The translations under genes and the position numbers were made by a program. A stretch of DNA of 64,000 bases from an uncultured Candidatus Saccharibacteria bacterium (GTDB taxonomy: Bacteria > Patescibacteriota > Minisyncoccia > Phycocordibacterales > UBA2100). Below, piece after piece: positions 19,095 through 28,481 of this stretch (positions are counted from its first letter, which is position 1; every line of letters starts with the position of its first letter). The stretch lies in the NCBI GenBank assembly GCA_964512835.1, contig CAZELA010000001.1, positions 489,372 to 553,371 of the forward strand, in the 5' to 3' direction. Under the pieces are notes generated by a model that saw only the letters and a program-made list of their open reading frames with translations, had not been told where the DNA came from and did no database searches.

Positions 19095-19322
19095 TTACCC
19101 CAAGATACCGCCCAAGATGGCTAGGCCGACCGCGATCCCGACCGCTCCGATTGTGGAGCTACTCGACGACTCGTCGGAGTGACGGCAATCGTAGCCGCTT
19201 TGCGCGGGCGGCGCGTCTGATTGACCGCGGTACACAGTGCGCGGCGCCGCCGGTCTTGTAATGCGCTTACTGGTGCCGTGCATTGTCGGGCGATACGAGC
19301 CTTCGCCTTTTTTCAGGGCCAT
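19095..19322 (-). CDS. small hypothetical protein with C-terminal TM anchor
   Basis: MALKKGEGSYRP...IGAVGIAVGLAILGGILG; the start is uncertain. Confidence 0.3.
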   Translation of the reverse strand: MALKKGEGSYRPTMHGTSKRITRPAAPRTVYRGQSDAPPAQSGYDCRHSDESSSSSTIGAVGIAVGLAILGGILG

Positions 19323-19357
19323 GTTCAGTCCTCCTTTTTGCGTGACCGTATACGATT

Positions 19358-19594
19358 TTAGGCCGCACTCATTTCCGAAAGCGAATACACGCCGATATCC
19401 GGCGAGTTCTTGTGCTGCACGTACCAAACTTCGGCACCGTGACACGGGACGACACCGCAAATTGACCCTTCGATGTTCGGCCGTCGCACCGATACGTGCT
19501 TTTGATGAATCTGCAGCGCCATCTCACTTTCGCTGTGGCGGAGTTGACCCACTTTGACGGGCATCCCGACGTGCACTTCGTTGCAATCCTTCAT
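19358..19594 (-). CDS. small hypothetical protein
   Basis: 78-aa ORF with normal composition. Confidence 0.3.
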   Translation of the reverse strand: MKDCNEVHVGMPVKVGQLRHSESEMALQIHQKHVSVRRPNIEGSICGVVPCHGAEVWYVQHKNSPDIGVYSLSEMSAA

Positions 19595-19690
19595 GTGGTC
19601 GACCTCGACGTTTGTTGAACGGTGGAGTGAATAGACTGATGCATAATATACAACACAATCTACCCTCGGTCAACAAATGCGAGCGTTACA

Positions 19691-19930
19691 TCATTCACTA
19701 TGATCCGTAGGTGTCGGATCATTCAGGTCGTCGTGATTGGAGTTCGCGTTTTCATTGTTGTCGACAGACTTCTGCGCCGCGGCAGATACCGACTCAACGT
19801 ATGCCGGCGTTGAACTACCGTCACTGCCGGTGTTCGGTACACTCGGGAGCCGCATTGCATATACAGCGAATGCAACGATTACCAAGAGCAGTGCAGCGCC
19901 AAGTGTTGTGAGTATGGTTTGCGTCGTCAT
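19691..19930 (-). CDS. small membrane-anchored hypothetical protein
   Basis: 79 aa with an N-terminal TM and an acidic tail. Confidence 0.35.
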   Translation of the reverse strand: MTTQTILTTLGAALLLVIVAFAVYAMRLPSVPNTGSDGSSTPAYVESVSAAAQKSVDNNENANSNHDDLNDPTPTDHSE

Positions 19931-20013
19931 ACCTATACCCTACTCGGCAGACATGTGCTGCGAGTGAAAACAAAACGACCGCGCTCGAGGCGCGGTCGCG
20001 ATCCGTCCACGGA

Positions 20014-20670
20014 TCAATCTATCGTGAGAACACCGAGCTGATAGAGCATGAGCACAAAATCTTTGTCTTGCTCATGATACTGCAGCATCTTCATCTTGAT
20101 CTCGCGGCCGGAGAGTTCCCCGTGACGAGCATTCGGCCGATGCAATGCATCGTACACGTCTGCCATCGCAAGGATGCGACCGTGCTTGTAGATCAGGTGC
20201 TTGGTCTGGTCGGAAAAGTTGTGCAGCGGCCGCGGCATACGCTGCGGATACCCGTTTGCCTGGAACCGATGGTGCCAGAGCATGATCGCGCCCGAAAAAT
20301 CGAATCGGCCGCGGATCATGCGGTAGCCATCGACCACATGCCTGCGCATGAGTCGACTATCCGCATTGGTCCAGTCATCTCGTTTGCCGAGCACTTCGAC
20401 AGGCACCATCACCTTGCCCACGTCATGCAGCGCTCCGGCGAGCAGCAGCGCCCGCCCGTCGAGATCACCGCACGCCGTGCCGATCGCTCGCGCAAGCAAT
20501 GCAACGCGAAGCGAGTGCATGTAGTGCGTGTGGTACACGGGTCCCTTGTCGCGAAGCGGCATCAGGAACATGACGACGTCGTCGATGTCTTCCTGACGAC
20601 ACTGTTCCGCCTTTGCTGCCTGAACCAACTCATACATCAGGCGTTCTTCGGTAGCTGTCTGGAGCTTCAT
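20014..20670 (-). CDS. HD-GYP domain phosphohydrolase
   Basis: HD motif LHDVGKV, second metal site ADVYDALH and a HHRFQANGYPQ (HHx5GYP) signature. Confidence 0.7.
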   Translation of the reverse strand: MKLQTATEERLMYELVQAAKAEQCRQEDIDDVVMFLMPLRDKGPVYHTHYMHSLRVALLARAIGTACGDLDGRALLLAGALHDVGKVMVPVEVLGKRDDWTNADSRLMRRHVVDGYRMIRGRFDFSGAIMLWHHRFQANGYPQRMPRPLHNFSDQTKHLIYKHGRILAMADVYDALHRPNARHGELSGREIKMKMLQYHEQDKDFVLMLYQLGVLTID

Positions 20671-20732
20671 TGCACTGTTCTCCTCTTACCCGCTTGCACA
20701 GTGCTACGAACGGTAGTGCCTGTCAACAAAAC

Positions 20733-20761
20733 AAAAACGCGCGGAGTGACCGCGCGTTTTT
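20733..20761. terminator. bidirectional intrinsic terminator
   Basis: aaaaacgcgcgg-agtga-ccgcgcgttttt. Confidence 0.6.
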
Positions 20762-20778
20762 AGATGCATGCAAAGAAC

Positions 20779-21891
20779 TCAGGCTGCCTGGGCGGCGAGC
20801 TTCGCCATGCCGTAATTGCTCCATTCCGGGCGACCGGTCACCTCTTCGAGGACCCATCCATCAGGCATACGGATCGTCTCGGAAAGGTCGTCCATCTCCA
20901 CCTCGAGCTTCACGATACCCATCAGCTTCCACGGCTGCGACTGATAGATGTCGACCTCGAACGTTCGGTCGGCAAACGGAAATCGGTACCGCGTCTTCAG
21001 AATCGTCCGACACGCGGGATCCGCGTCTTTCAAGAGCTCCTGATATTCGCCCTCGGTGAGCGGCGGATACTTGGGCTCGGTTACACTTCCCACGGTGCCG
21101 GTCGGCGACTTGTGGGTGTAGTGATAGGTCGTCACGCCCTCGAGCGTCTCCGAACGCACACGCCGCGCACCTGTGTGCACCGGATGCGGCTTCAGGTAAT
21201 CCTGCACGATATCGATCTTCGCGGCATCCGCCGGAATCATATCCATCGTGAAGTTCCGAATCAGGAACATGCGTTCATTTTCGAGCGGTGTCGGCATATG
21301 CAGTACCCTTTTCATTGCGCTGACTGCGCGGTGCATTTTCCTCTGAAAATTGGTGCGATTATCGATGACCGATAAGTGACGGTGACCGCGCCACGCGTGG
21401 CGCGATTTATGATCAAGCACTCGTGCCTGCTCGGGCGTTTCGATACGCGCCGCGTTGTTGCTGAGCGTGTAGAACTCCTCGGCTCCGTCAGCAGCGGTTA
21501 CCAGATGTATGACCATCAGATAGTCCTCCATCGCGAGCACGCGATTGAGATCAAGCTCGGATAGCAGTGATCGAAACATCTCTTCGCCGCAATAGGCCTC
21601 GCAGTCGAGCAATCCGCGATCGACAAACAGCACGACGTTTGTCTTGCCGCTGCGTTCGATTACCCGCTTGTATCTGCGAATGCGCCGGAGCGTCGCTCGT
21701 AATACGCGACGCTGAAACGCTTCAATGCCCAGGTCCCACGGTGTGATGCCGGCACTGATGAGTTTCGTGGCAGCCTCGGGTATGACAACTGCCGTGATGC
21801 CGTGTTGTGCAAGCCACGCTCCCGCCTCTTCGAGAAAGGATGACTTGCCGGCACACGGACCGCCGCTAATGGCGATCATGGGTATATACAT
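20779..21891 (-). CDS. P-loop NTPase (AAA_28/kinase-like) fused to CYTH (triphosphate tunnel metalloenzyme) domain
   Basis: N-terminal GGPCAGKSS Walker A. The C-terminal ENERMFLI...R.R...EVDIY...KLEVE pattern matches the CYTH/TTM fold. Start taken at MYIPMIAISGG. Confidence 0.55.
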   Translation of the reverse strand: MYIPMIAISGGPCAGKSSFLEEAGAWLAQHGITAVVIPEAATKLISAGITPWDLGIEAFQRRVLRATLRRIRRYKRVIERSGKTNVVLFVDRGLLDCEAYCGEEMFRSLLSELDLNRVLAMEDYLMVIHLVTAADGAEEFYTLSNNAARIETPEQARVLDHKSRHAWRGHRHLSVIDNRTNFQRKMHRAVSAMKRVLHMPTPLENERMFLIRNFTMDMIPADAAKIDIVQDYLKPHPVHTGARRVRSETLEGVTTYHYTHKSPTGTVGSVTEPKYPPLTEGEYQELLKDADPACRTILKTRYRFPFADRTFEVDIYQSQPWKLMGIVKLEVEMDDLSETIRMPDGWVLEEVTGRPEWSNYGMAKLAAQAA

Positions 21892-21957
21892 ACGCCCTCC
21901 GGGTTCTGTGGATCGTGCCTGCAGCGATACTACCAAACACCGCGGCCGAGGCCACCC

Positions 21958-22356
21958 CTAGCGACCCCAGTTCAAATACGTGATCGTGAGCTGCAATACC
22001 GTGGCAAAACAGACCCACAACAGGTACGGAATGTTCACATACGAAACCCACGGCATATGCGGATATATAGCGATCAGCGCCCACACAAGCGATGCAAGCA
22101 CGAGCAGAATGTCGATCGATGCCAGCATGTTATTTTTCAGCCCGAACTGCAGCGGAGTGAATGCAAGATTACAAATGATATTGATGACAAACGGAAGGAA
22201 CACATACAGCGGCAGCTGTCCCTCGTACGTCTTATAGGCAACGCTGCCGAACGAGACCGCGATGATCACGTACAGCACCGTCCACACCGGCCCGAACAGC
22301 CAACTCGGCGGAGCCCACGACGGTCGAATAAGAGTCTGGTACCACGCAGGTTCATT
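21958..22356 (-). CDS. TspO/MBR (tryptophan-rich sensory protein) family
   Basis: About 133 aa with 5 TM. LIRPSWAPPSWLFGPVWTVLY is the TspO signature. Start taken at MNEPAWYQ. Confidence 0.7.
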   Translation of the reverse strand, partial: NEPAWYQTLIRPSWAPPSWLFGPVWTVLYVIIAVSFGSVAYKTYEGQLPLYVFLPFVINIICNLAFTPLQFGLKNNMLASIDILLVLASLVWALIAIYPHMPWVSYVNIPYLLWVCFATVLQLTITYLNWGR

Positions 22357-22402
22357 CATATATATGTATATGACCAATCGTACCGTGAAGATACCGTGGT
22401 GC

Positions 22403-23185
22403 CTACGGCGAGATCAGTACCGGATGATCCGTTTCCGGATGCACGGAGTGGTCATCCGGGTCGGGCAACGGTCCGATCCATGTGCCGTAATAATAAATGT
22501 TGTCTTTGTCCTTCGCATCGATCGTTACCTGTCCCGAACCGTCCGGATCAGGAACGGTCGTATCATGGAACGTCTGGAATGAACCGGGGTCTGCGCCGGG
22601 AATGACCGTAACAGTACCTGTGCAATTACCCGTCGCGTCGCACGAGGTATTAATTACATAGACATTGTTCCCGTCTTTTGCGTATACGGGACTCAACACC
22701 TGGAACGAATTCGGGTCGGCTCCCTCGAGGACGCGCAAATCCGTCCCGCTAAAAAAGTACACGTGCTGCGAATCTATATAGAACGCGGGCATAGTGCCGC
22801 CGCCGACCGACTTTTGTTTGCCGGCCTCCAGATCGCCGGTCGCGGGGACTTTGTGAAAGGTTTTCTGATCAGCAATTACGTCGGCCTTGATGTAGCGATA
22901 GGTCGCCTTGCCGTCAAGATCATACCCGTCGGCTACACGGAAATAAAAGCTACCCTCCGACTGAAAGAAGTTGTCGTCGAACGAAACAAATGATTGCGCC
23001 TTTGCAGGCTGCGCCTCCTGCTCTGCCGCCGCTTGTTGCGACACCACAGGAGCCGGTTCGGTGAGATCCGGCGCGGCAAGCGAGCCGACAAATGAATAAC
23101 CTACATACAACACAACCACGCCGCCCACGAGCGCTATCACGACGGGAATGCCCACGCCGCCTTTTTGGAGAATGGATCTCCGCAT
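22403..23185 (-). CDS. exported hypothetical protein with DKNYY-like repeats
   Basis: Signal/TM anchor, then repeated D(K/G)NNVYV / DKDNIYYY motifs. Confidence 0.45.
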   Translation of the reverse strand: MRRSILQKGGVGIPVVIALVGGVVVLYVGYSFVGSLAAPDLTEPAPVVSQQAAAEQEAQPAKAQSFVSFDDNFFQSEGSFYFRVADGYDLDGKATYRYIKADVIADQKTFHKVPATGDLEAGKQKSVGGGTMPAFYIDSQHVYFFSGTDLRVLEGADPNSFQVLSPVYAKDGNNVYVINTSCDATGNCTGTVTVIPGADPGSFQTFHDTTVPDPDGSGQVTIDAKDKDNIYYYGTWIGPLPDPDDHSVHPETDHPVLISP

Positions 23186-23201
23186 GAGCAAAGTATAGCG
23201 C

Positions 23202-23834
23202 CTAGGTCGTGGGGCGCGCGTCGCTTTGCGGCAGACGTGTGCGTAACACATACTGCGCGACACCGCCGATTGCGCCCAGCAGGATCAGGACCAACAAACC
23301 TTTGAACAAAAAACCGGAATTGTTTCTCCACGCATCCCCCAGAAAGTACCCCGATAGACCGAACAGCAATACGTACGATGCCTCGCCCAAAAAATCGTAC
23401 AAAAGAAATGTGCGCGCGCGTACGCGCGAAATACCCGCAAGCAGATTCACCGTCGGTCCCGCTTCTGTCATGAGCCTCGTCGTGTAAATGATCGCCTGCG
23501 GGAACGCGGTCAGATACTCATCGAGCCAGATGTATACTCGGGTCCGCAACAGAAATCCGAGTCCGACATTCTCAAAAAACGATCGCCCGTAGGCACGTGC
23601 GATCGAAAAACCCATCAAATCGCCGAGTACGTTTGCCGCAAGGGCGGTACCCAGCACATACCACAGGTTCAGATACCCTTGAGCTGCAAGCGCGCCCGAA
23701 ACTGCAAGCGCTATCGAAGACGGAATGGGTAGCGCAAACGCGGCAATGAAGCTCACGCCGAATAGGCCCGCATAGCCGTATCCTGCAAAATATTCGGCTG
23801 CGGTATCGAGAAATGCGCTCAGAGACTCAAACAT
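23202..23834 (-). CDS. DedA/SNARE-associated family membrane protein
   Basis: About 210 aa; the YAGLFGVSFIAAFALPIPSS...LGDLMGFSIARAYGR pattern is typical of DedA. Confidence 0.65.
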   Translation of the reverse strand: MFESLSAFLDTAAEYFAGYGYAGLFGVSFIAAFALPIPSSIALAVSGALAAQGYLNLWYVLGTALAANVLGDLMGFSIARAYGRSFFENVGLGFLLRTRVYIWLDEYLTAFPQAIIYTTRLMTEAGPTVNLLAGISRVRARTFLLYDFLGEASYVLLFGLSGYFLGDAWRNNSGFLFKGLLVLILLGAIGGVAQYVLRTRLPQSDARPTT

Positions 23835-24173
23835 CGCGCAATAGTACTACAGCACCTTTACTGAGTGCTTGTTGCTTCCTGCGGCGCAGGCGGTACTGCG
23901 CCCTGATCGGGTGCAGGCGGTCGACTTGTCGGGTGCGGCTCCCGTGAGCCAGGTTTCGGCGGTCGACGCAAGACGCCTTCGGAGTGAAGCTGGCGGGCAC
24001 TCGTAACAAAAAAGAAAAGGGACGCGAAAAACATCCCGAGCAAAATAAGCAGCACAGCGTAGAGCGCGAGAAGCTTCTTTTCGCCGTTCATGCGCTCAGT
24101 ATTGCTACAAAACGATCTCGGCGCAACACCGGCAACAGTATGACCCCGGCGCACGAATGCGCCGAGGTCGGTT

Positions 24174-25010
24174 TTATGCCGCGCGATCTTTGCGCGGAAC
24201 GAAGAGCTTGTCGAACTCGCTAAACGGCATATCGGCGAGCGCGCCGGGAGCAAAATCCTGCATCCGAATGCCGCTGAACTTATTGAAGATGTGCGAGTGG
24301 TAGAAATCGATGAATGCGACCATCGATTGCCGACCGGTACGAATCGTCTCCTCGGTGGCGACCACACGATGGCAGAGACCTTTGAGCAGGCACTGCGATC
24401 GATGCTGCATCGTCATGCTCGGGAAGATGATCGTGTGATCATGATCGACGGGCCAGTCGTGCCACGCTCGGTCGGTCCCGTAGTACTGACCGCCCTGCGC
24501 GCTTTCGTACAGGTGCAGCGTGAAGCCGCCCCGGTCCACGTGTTCGGCCGCCATGATGGGCTTACCGGGACGGTAGTTGAGAAAACGAAACGTCCAATCC
24601 CGACTCGACTCGGCAACGTCACGTTCAAAACCACTGATGCCGTACACACGTTCGACATCGCGGCCGAAGCGCACAACGTGCGGCATGACCGCATCGATGA
24701 GCACATCAACCGCATGCACGAACCGCACGGCAGCGCGATCAGCAACCGAATCAGCCTGAGCCAGCAGCGCCGGCATGTTGCGCTTGATCAGGTGGAACAG
24801 CTCCTTGTCGTCACTTTTCGGGCCGTCGTCTTTGCGCAGCATGTAGCCATGATCGAGCACTCGGTCACCGCCCGAGAGCTTTGCCTTTTCTTCGTACGGA
24901 AGCGCGCAGAAGCGAGTCCAAGCGGCCATCGCCTCTTCGACGAGTACGCGCAGCTCTTTGGGATATCGCAGACTCACGTATCCGTCGGTTATCAGACTTG
25001 CGACGTGCAT
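24174..25010 (-). CDS. 2-oxoglutarate/Fe(II)-dependent oxygenase-like protein
   Basis: HVD...H facial-triad-like motif (AEHVDRGGFTLHL ... HRV). AGGAG lies 6 nt upstream of the chosen start MHVASLITDG. Confidence 0.5.
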   Translation of the reverse strand: MHVASLITDGYVSLRYPKELRVLVEEAMAAWTRFCALPYEEKAKLSGGDRVLDHGYMLRKDDGPKSDDKELFHLIKRNMPALLAQADSVADRAAVRFVHAVDVLIDAVMPHVVRFGRDVERVYGISGFERDVAESSRDWTFRFLNYRPGKPIMAAEHVDRGGFTLHLYESAQGGQYYGTDRAWHDWPVDHDHTIIFPSMTMQHRSQCLLKGLCHRVVATEETIRTGRQSMVAFIDFYHSHIFNKFSGIRMQDFAPGALADMPFSEFDKLFVPRKDRAA

Positions 25011-25112
25011 CGCACACTCCTTTGTTGCAACGTTCAGATTCCTGCCGAAATGGTACAGGTGCAAAAAACAGTTATCCCCACGTTGCAGACGGGTAAAATC
25101 GTGTCCTAGTGA

Positions 25113-27161
25113 CTATGGATTGAGGATTGCGAGCACCTCATTGATGCTGACGGGTTTCGTGAGGTGATGATTGAATCCCGAGACGAGTGCTTCCGACTTA
25201 TCTTCTTCTTGTCCGTAGCCGGTCAGTGCAATCAGTATAGGCTGCACCCCGCCGTGCGCCCTAATTTTGCGCGCAACATCATGACCGGACATATCCGGCA
25301 ATCCGATGTCGAGCAATATCACTTCGGGAATCAGATCGTGCAGCGCAGCCAGCGCCGACTTGCCGTCGTGGACCGCAGTTACCATGTGTCCGTGATGTTC
25401 AAGGAGTCGTTGCATGCCGAGCGCAGCCGCTTCGTTATCGTCGACTACTAATATCCGTTTAGCGGCGTGAGAACGAGCCGGAAGAATACTCGAGGTCGGA
25501 GTATCCTCGTCACGCGCATGTATCAAGGGCAACAAAATCGTGAATGTACTGCCGGTTCCCTCTCCCCACGAGTGCGCTGTGATTGTGCCCCCGTGCATCT
25601 CTACGATCTGACGAGCGAGAAACAATCCGATACCGATGCCCGCAGACCGATGCGGCGCCGGCGCCAACTGCTGGAACGGAGAAAATATTTCCTCGAGACG
25701 ATCCGGTGGTATGCCGTCACCGTTATCCTTGATCGCAATCCGCAACTGACGATCCTCGGTTGTACAGAGGATCTCGATTGCACTGCCCGGCCGCGAATAT
25801 TTTGCCGCGTTATTAAGAATGTTCGTTATTACTTGCTCGAGGCGCACCGGATCGAGCATGAGACGAACGGGTCGCTCCGGGAGCCACATGGTGAGCGTAT
25901 GGTTCTTTGCCTTGCGGTGCGGCTCGGTGGTCTCTACCGAGACCCGTATGAGTTCGGCGAGGTCCGTCGGCTCGGGGATGACCTCGATCTTTTTTTCATT
26001 GATACGTGCAACATCCAGCAGGTCATCAAGCAGGCGCCTCATGGCGAATGTTTGCTGCTCGGCGCGCGAGATTATCTGTGCATTCGCGCCGCTTTCGAGC
26101 TTCAAAAGCTCGAGCGTACTCACCACGGTGGAGAGCGGGTTTCGCAATTCGTGCGCAAGCATTGCGATGAACTCATTTTTTGCGGCGTCATTGGCGGCGA
26201 GCTGTGTCGTAATCCGCTCCAGCTCCGAGATCTGCGCAGTGAGTCGATTGGCCGCCTGACGACGCTCTTCGGCGAGCACAAAGAACTGAAAAAAGATCGG
26301 GGCAATGAGGAGCAAGAACAGCTCGTCGGCGAACAACTGTGACGAAAGCGGGACACTACTCGGATGAGCAACGATACTGCCCATGATGCCGAGTGCAGTC
26401 AAAAGCAGGATCGCCGTCGTATTGACCCGTGAGCCGAATCGAAACGATATCCAAAACAACACGACACAAAGCAGAAAGATGAGGAGGAATACGATCGATG
26501 GGAATGACACCCAGAACAGGAGGTATATGGAAAGAATAAGAAGCCCGAATGCGCTTACCGCCTCCGCGCGTTGCTCCCGCGTGATAGGCCAGCTCCACGA
26601 GTAATACCATCCGGTGATAAACGGCGTTACAACGAGAATGCCGAGTACCCCGCCTGCCCATGCGCGACTGAATGTAATGAATACCGTCTCTGCCAGCACG
26701 CCGAGCATGATCTGTCCGACCGTGTTGAATAACGGCCCTATCGCAGCCGTGAATGCAGCTCCCCCGAGCAAAACCAGAACATCGCGACTGCGATGCAGCG
26801 TTCCGTTTGAACCCATTTTTCTGAAAAGCCACGCTCCGATAAGCGGCTGTAACGTAAATCCTGCGGTTGCAATCGCGATATTCCACGGCGGCAAGTAGTT
26901 GGGAAGTGTCACGAGTGCGACAACATACGCCGCACACACCGGAACCCACATTTTGTTTCCTTTCAAAAGGACCGCTGCAAGTGCTATGCCTGTCGGCGCC
27001 CAAATAAGAGCAGGAGACGTCTGCAGAGTAAACAATATGTACTGCGCCAGCTTTGCGGTCGCGAGATAGGACGAGAACACCAAAAGGTCGGGTATGAGCT
27101 CGCGGCCAAAGATCGTGCGGAGCACGCGCGAAATCAAACCCTGTTCGGCCGACCGCACCAT
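25113..27161 (-). CDS. hybrid sensor histidine kinase with C-terminal receiver domain
   Basis: About 10 N-terminal TM helices, the HisKA H-box AHELRNPL, HATPase N/G boxes, and a receiver ILVVDDNEAA...ILLDIGLPDMSG with a conserved Asp. Confidence 0.8.
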   Translation of the reverse strand: MVRSAEQGLISRVLRTIFGRELIPDLLVFSSYLATAKLAQYILFTLQTSPALIWAPTGIALAAVLLKGNKMWVPVCAAYVVALVTLPNYLPPWNIAIATAGFTLQPLIGAWLFRKMGSNGTLHRSRDVLVLLGGAAFTAAIGPLFNTVGQIMLGVLAETVFITFSRAWAGGVLGILVVTPFITGWYYSWSWPITREQRAEAVSAFGLLILSIYLLFWVSFPSIVFLLIFLLCVVLFWISFRFGSRVNTTAILLLTALGIMGSIVAHPSSVPLSSQLFADELFLLLIAPIFFQFFVLAEERRQAANRLTAQISELERITTQLAANDAAKNEFIAMLAHELRNPLSTVVSTLELLKLESGANAQIISRAEQQTFAMRRLLDDLLDVARINEKKIEVIPEPTDLAELIRVSVETTEPHRKAKNHTLTMWLPERPVRLMLDPVRLEQVITNILNNAAKYSRPGSAIEILCTTEDRQLRIAIKDNGDGIPPDRLEEIFSPFQQLAPAPHRSAGIGIGLFLARQIVEMHGGTITAHSWGEGTGSTFTILLPLIHARDEDTPTSSILPARSHAAKRILVVDDNEAAALGMQRLLEHHGHMVTAVHDGKSALAALHDLIPEVILLDIGLPDMSGHDVARKIRAHGGVQPILIALTGYGQEEDKSEALVSGFNHHLTKPVSINEVLAILNP

Positions 27162-27362
27162 ATAAATGAGAGGTATGCATAATACATGTTTGCACCCGAG
27201 TTTCTAGATGAAAGATGAAGAACGGATGCCACTAGAAATACGCAAAAAAATACGTATAATCCTGTTCACAGCATTGCTGGGCCCTAGCATCAAGCAAACC
27301 AAGCGAAGAGAACTGTGGTTCTCTTCCGAGCGAGAGCAGATGCCGGGGTCGTGAGGATACAC

Positions 27363-27434
27363 GGCCCTATCGTCTATCGGCTAGGACACGCCCCTCTCAC
27401 GGGCGAAAGCGGGGTTCGATTCCCCGTAGGGTCA
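27363..27434 (+). tRNA. tRNA-Glu (CTC)
   Basis: Manual cloverleaf: 7-bp acceptor stem (one G-U), 5-bp anticodon stem CGCCC/GGGCG, loop CTCTCAC, T-loop TTCGATT; no encoded CCA. Confidence 0.8.
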
Positions 27435-27447
27435 CAAAAACACCAAG

Positions 27448-27480
27448 AAACCTGCACTGCTGCAGGTTTCTGCGGTTTTT
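27448..27480 (+). terminator. tRNA-Glu intrinsic terminator
   Basis: aaacctgca-ctgc-tgcaggttt then ctgcggttttt. The flanking CAAAAAC/GTTTTTG segments can extend the stem toward the tRNA 3' end. Confidence 0.5.
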
Positions 27481-27689
27481 GGGAAGACGGAGGCATGTTT
27501 TGCCAGCAGGCAAAACGGCCGAGTCCGGGGCTGGAAAATTTTCGAGCGACGGCGAGAAAATTATTGTGGCCCACAAGACGCTTCACGCCGATTCTCGTTC
27601 ATAAATCCGATTCTCCGTAGAAGGGCTGGAAAATTTTCGAGCGACGGCGAGAAAATTATTGTGGCCCACAAGACGCTTCACGCCGATTC
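27481..27689. repeat. tRNA-trailer structured repeat element, 1.6 tandem copies (Glu locus)
   Basis: Unit contains hairpin gttttgcc-agca-ggcaaaac and hairpin aattttc-gagcgacggcga-gaaaatt, then gtggcccacaag. A second partial copy lies at 27623..27689. Confidence 0.7.
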
Positions 27690-27875
27690 CCTTTCAAGCA
27701 TCCGAAGCCGAGGCGGGCCGGATGACTTTTCAGCAGAAAAGTACCGCTGGCCGCTTCCCCATTGGCTTACAAATCAGTCAGTGAGTCACGTCGATTCTCC
27801 TTTTAACGAATCCGCTATCAGCACAAAAGAAAACACGGCCCTAGTAGGGCCGTGCATTGTTCTTTGGAGTCCAAA

Positions 27876-28346
27876 TCAGGGCGGCAAAAGGACGCCACTC
27901 GTTTTCGCGGACTCGACGGATGCAATTGAGGGGATCCAGAGCTCCCTCGCCGGAACTTCCTCGAACTGGATGTCTCCGCATACGTCTGCAAGGGCCTGAC
28001 GCATTTTTGGGATAATGTGCGGCGCCTCGGCCGCCATGTGCGCTTCGCCTTTCGCGACGAAACCCGTAGGCAAAATGTAGAGCCAATAGAGCCCCCTGGT
28101 ATGTTGCAGGGCGTGCGCCAGACGATACACATCATCTCCCTCAGATCTGGCCCTACGTTCCCAGTCGCCGCTCAATTCATACCCATCAGTGCCATACCTG
28201 AAAACCAGGTATGCACTGCTTTTCATGCGCACCAATTCTCCCGGCACGATGCAATTGAAAACGATAAAGTGACGCGTCGCGTCATGATCCACCGGAGAGG
28301 GCTTGAGTCCGTAGACGACCAAGGGACGGTCGCTTAGAATGTCACG
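27876..28346 (-). CDS. hypothetical protein
   Basis: About 156 aa, no recognised motif. Confidence 0.4.
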   Translation of the reverse strand, partial: RDILSDRPLVVYGLKPSPVDHDATRHFIVFNCIVPGELVRMKSSAYLVFRYGTDGYELSGDWERRARSEGDDVYRLAHALQHTRGLYWLYILPTGFVAKGEAHMAAEAPHIIPKMRQALADVCGDIQFEEVPARELWIPSIASVESAKTSGVLLPP

Positions 28347-28481
28347 CATTGCTAGTCCTCCAAGTTCACCCGACGCCACTATGCCGCATATACATTGTTT
28401 TGAACAGAATTCGCGGATGTGTGTCGCTGAAATCGTTCGCCTATCAGTTGTTTCCGGTTCGCTCCCTAAAGAGTCAGCGGT

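Noticed and set aside
27481-27689. Possible CRISPR array (short tandem repeats near tRNAs)
   Set aside because: Units are 95-135 bp with internal hairpins and no unique spacers of regular length between short repeats, and no cas genes are present.
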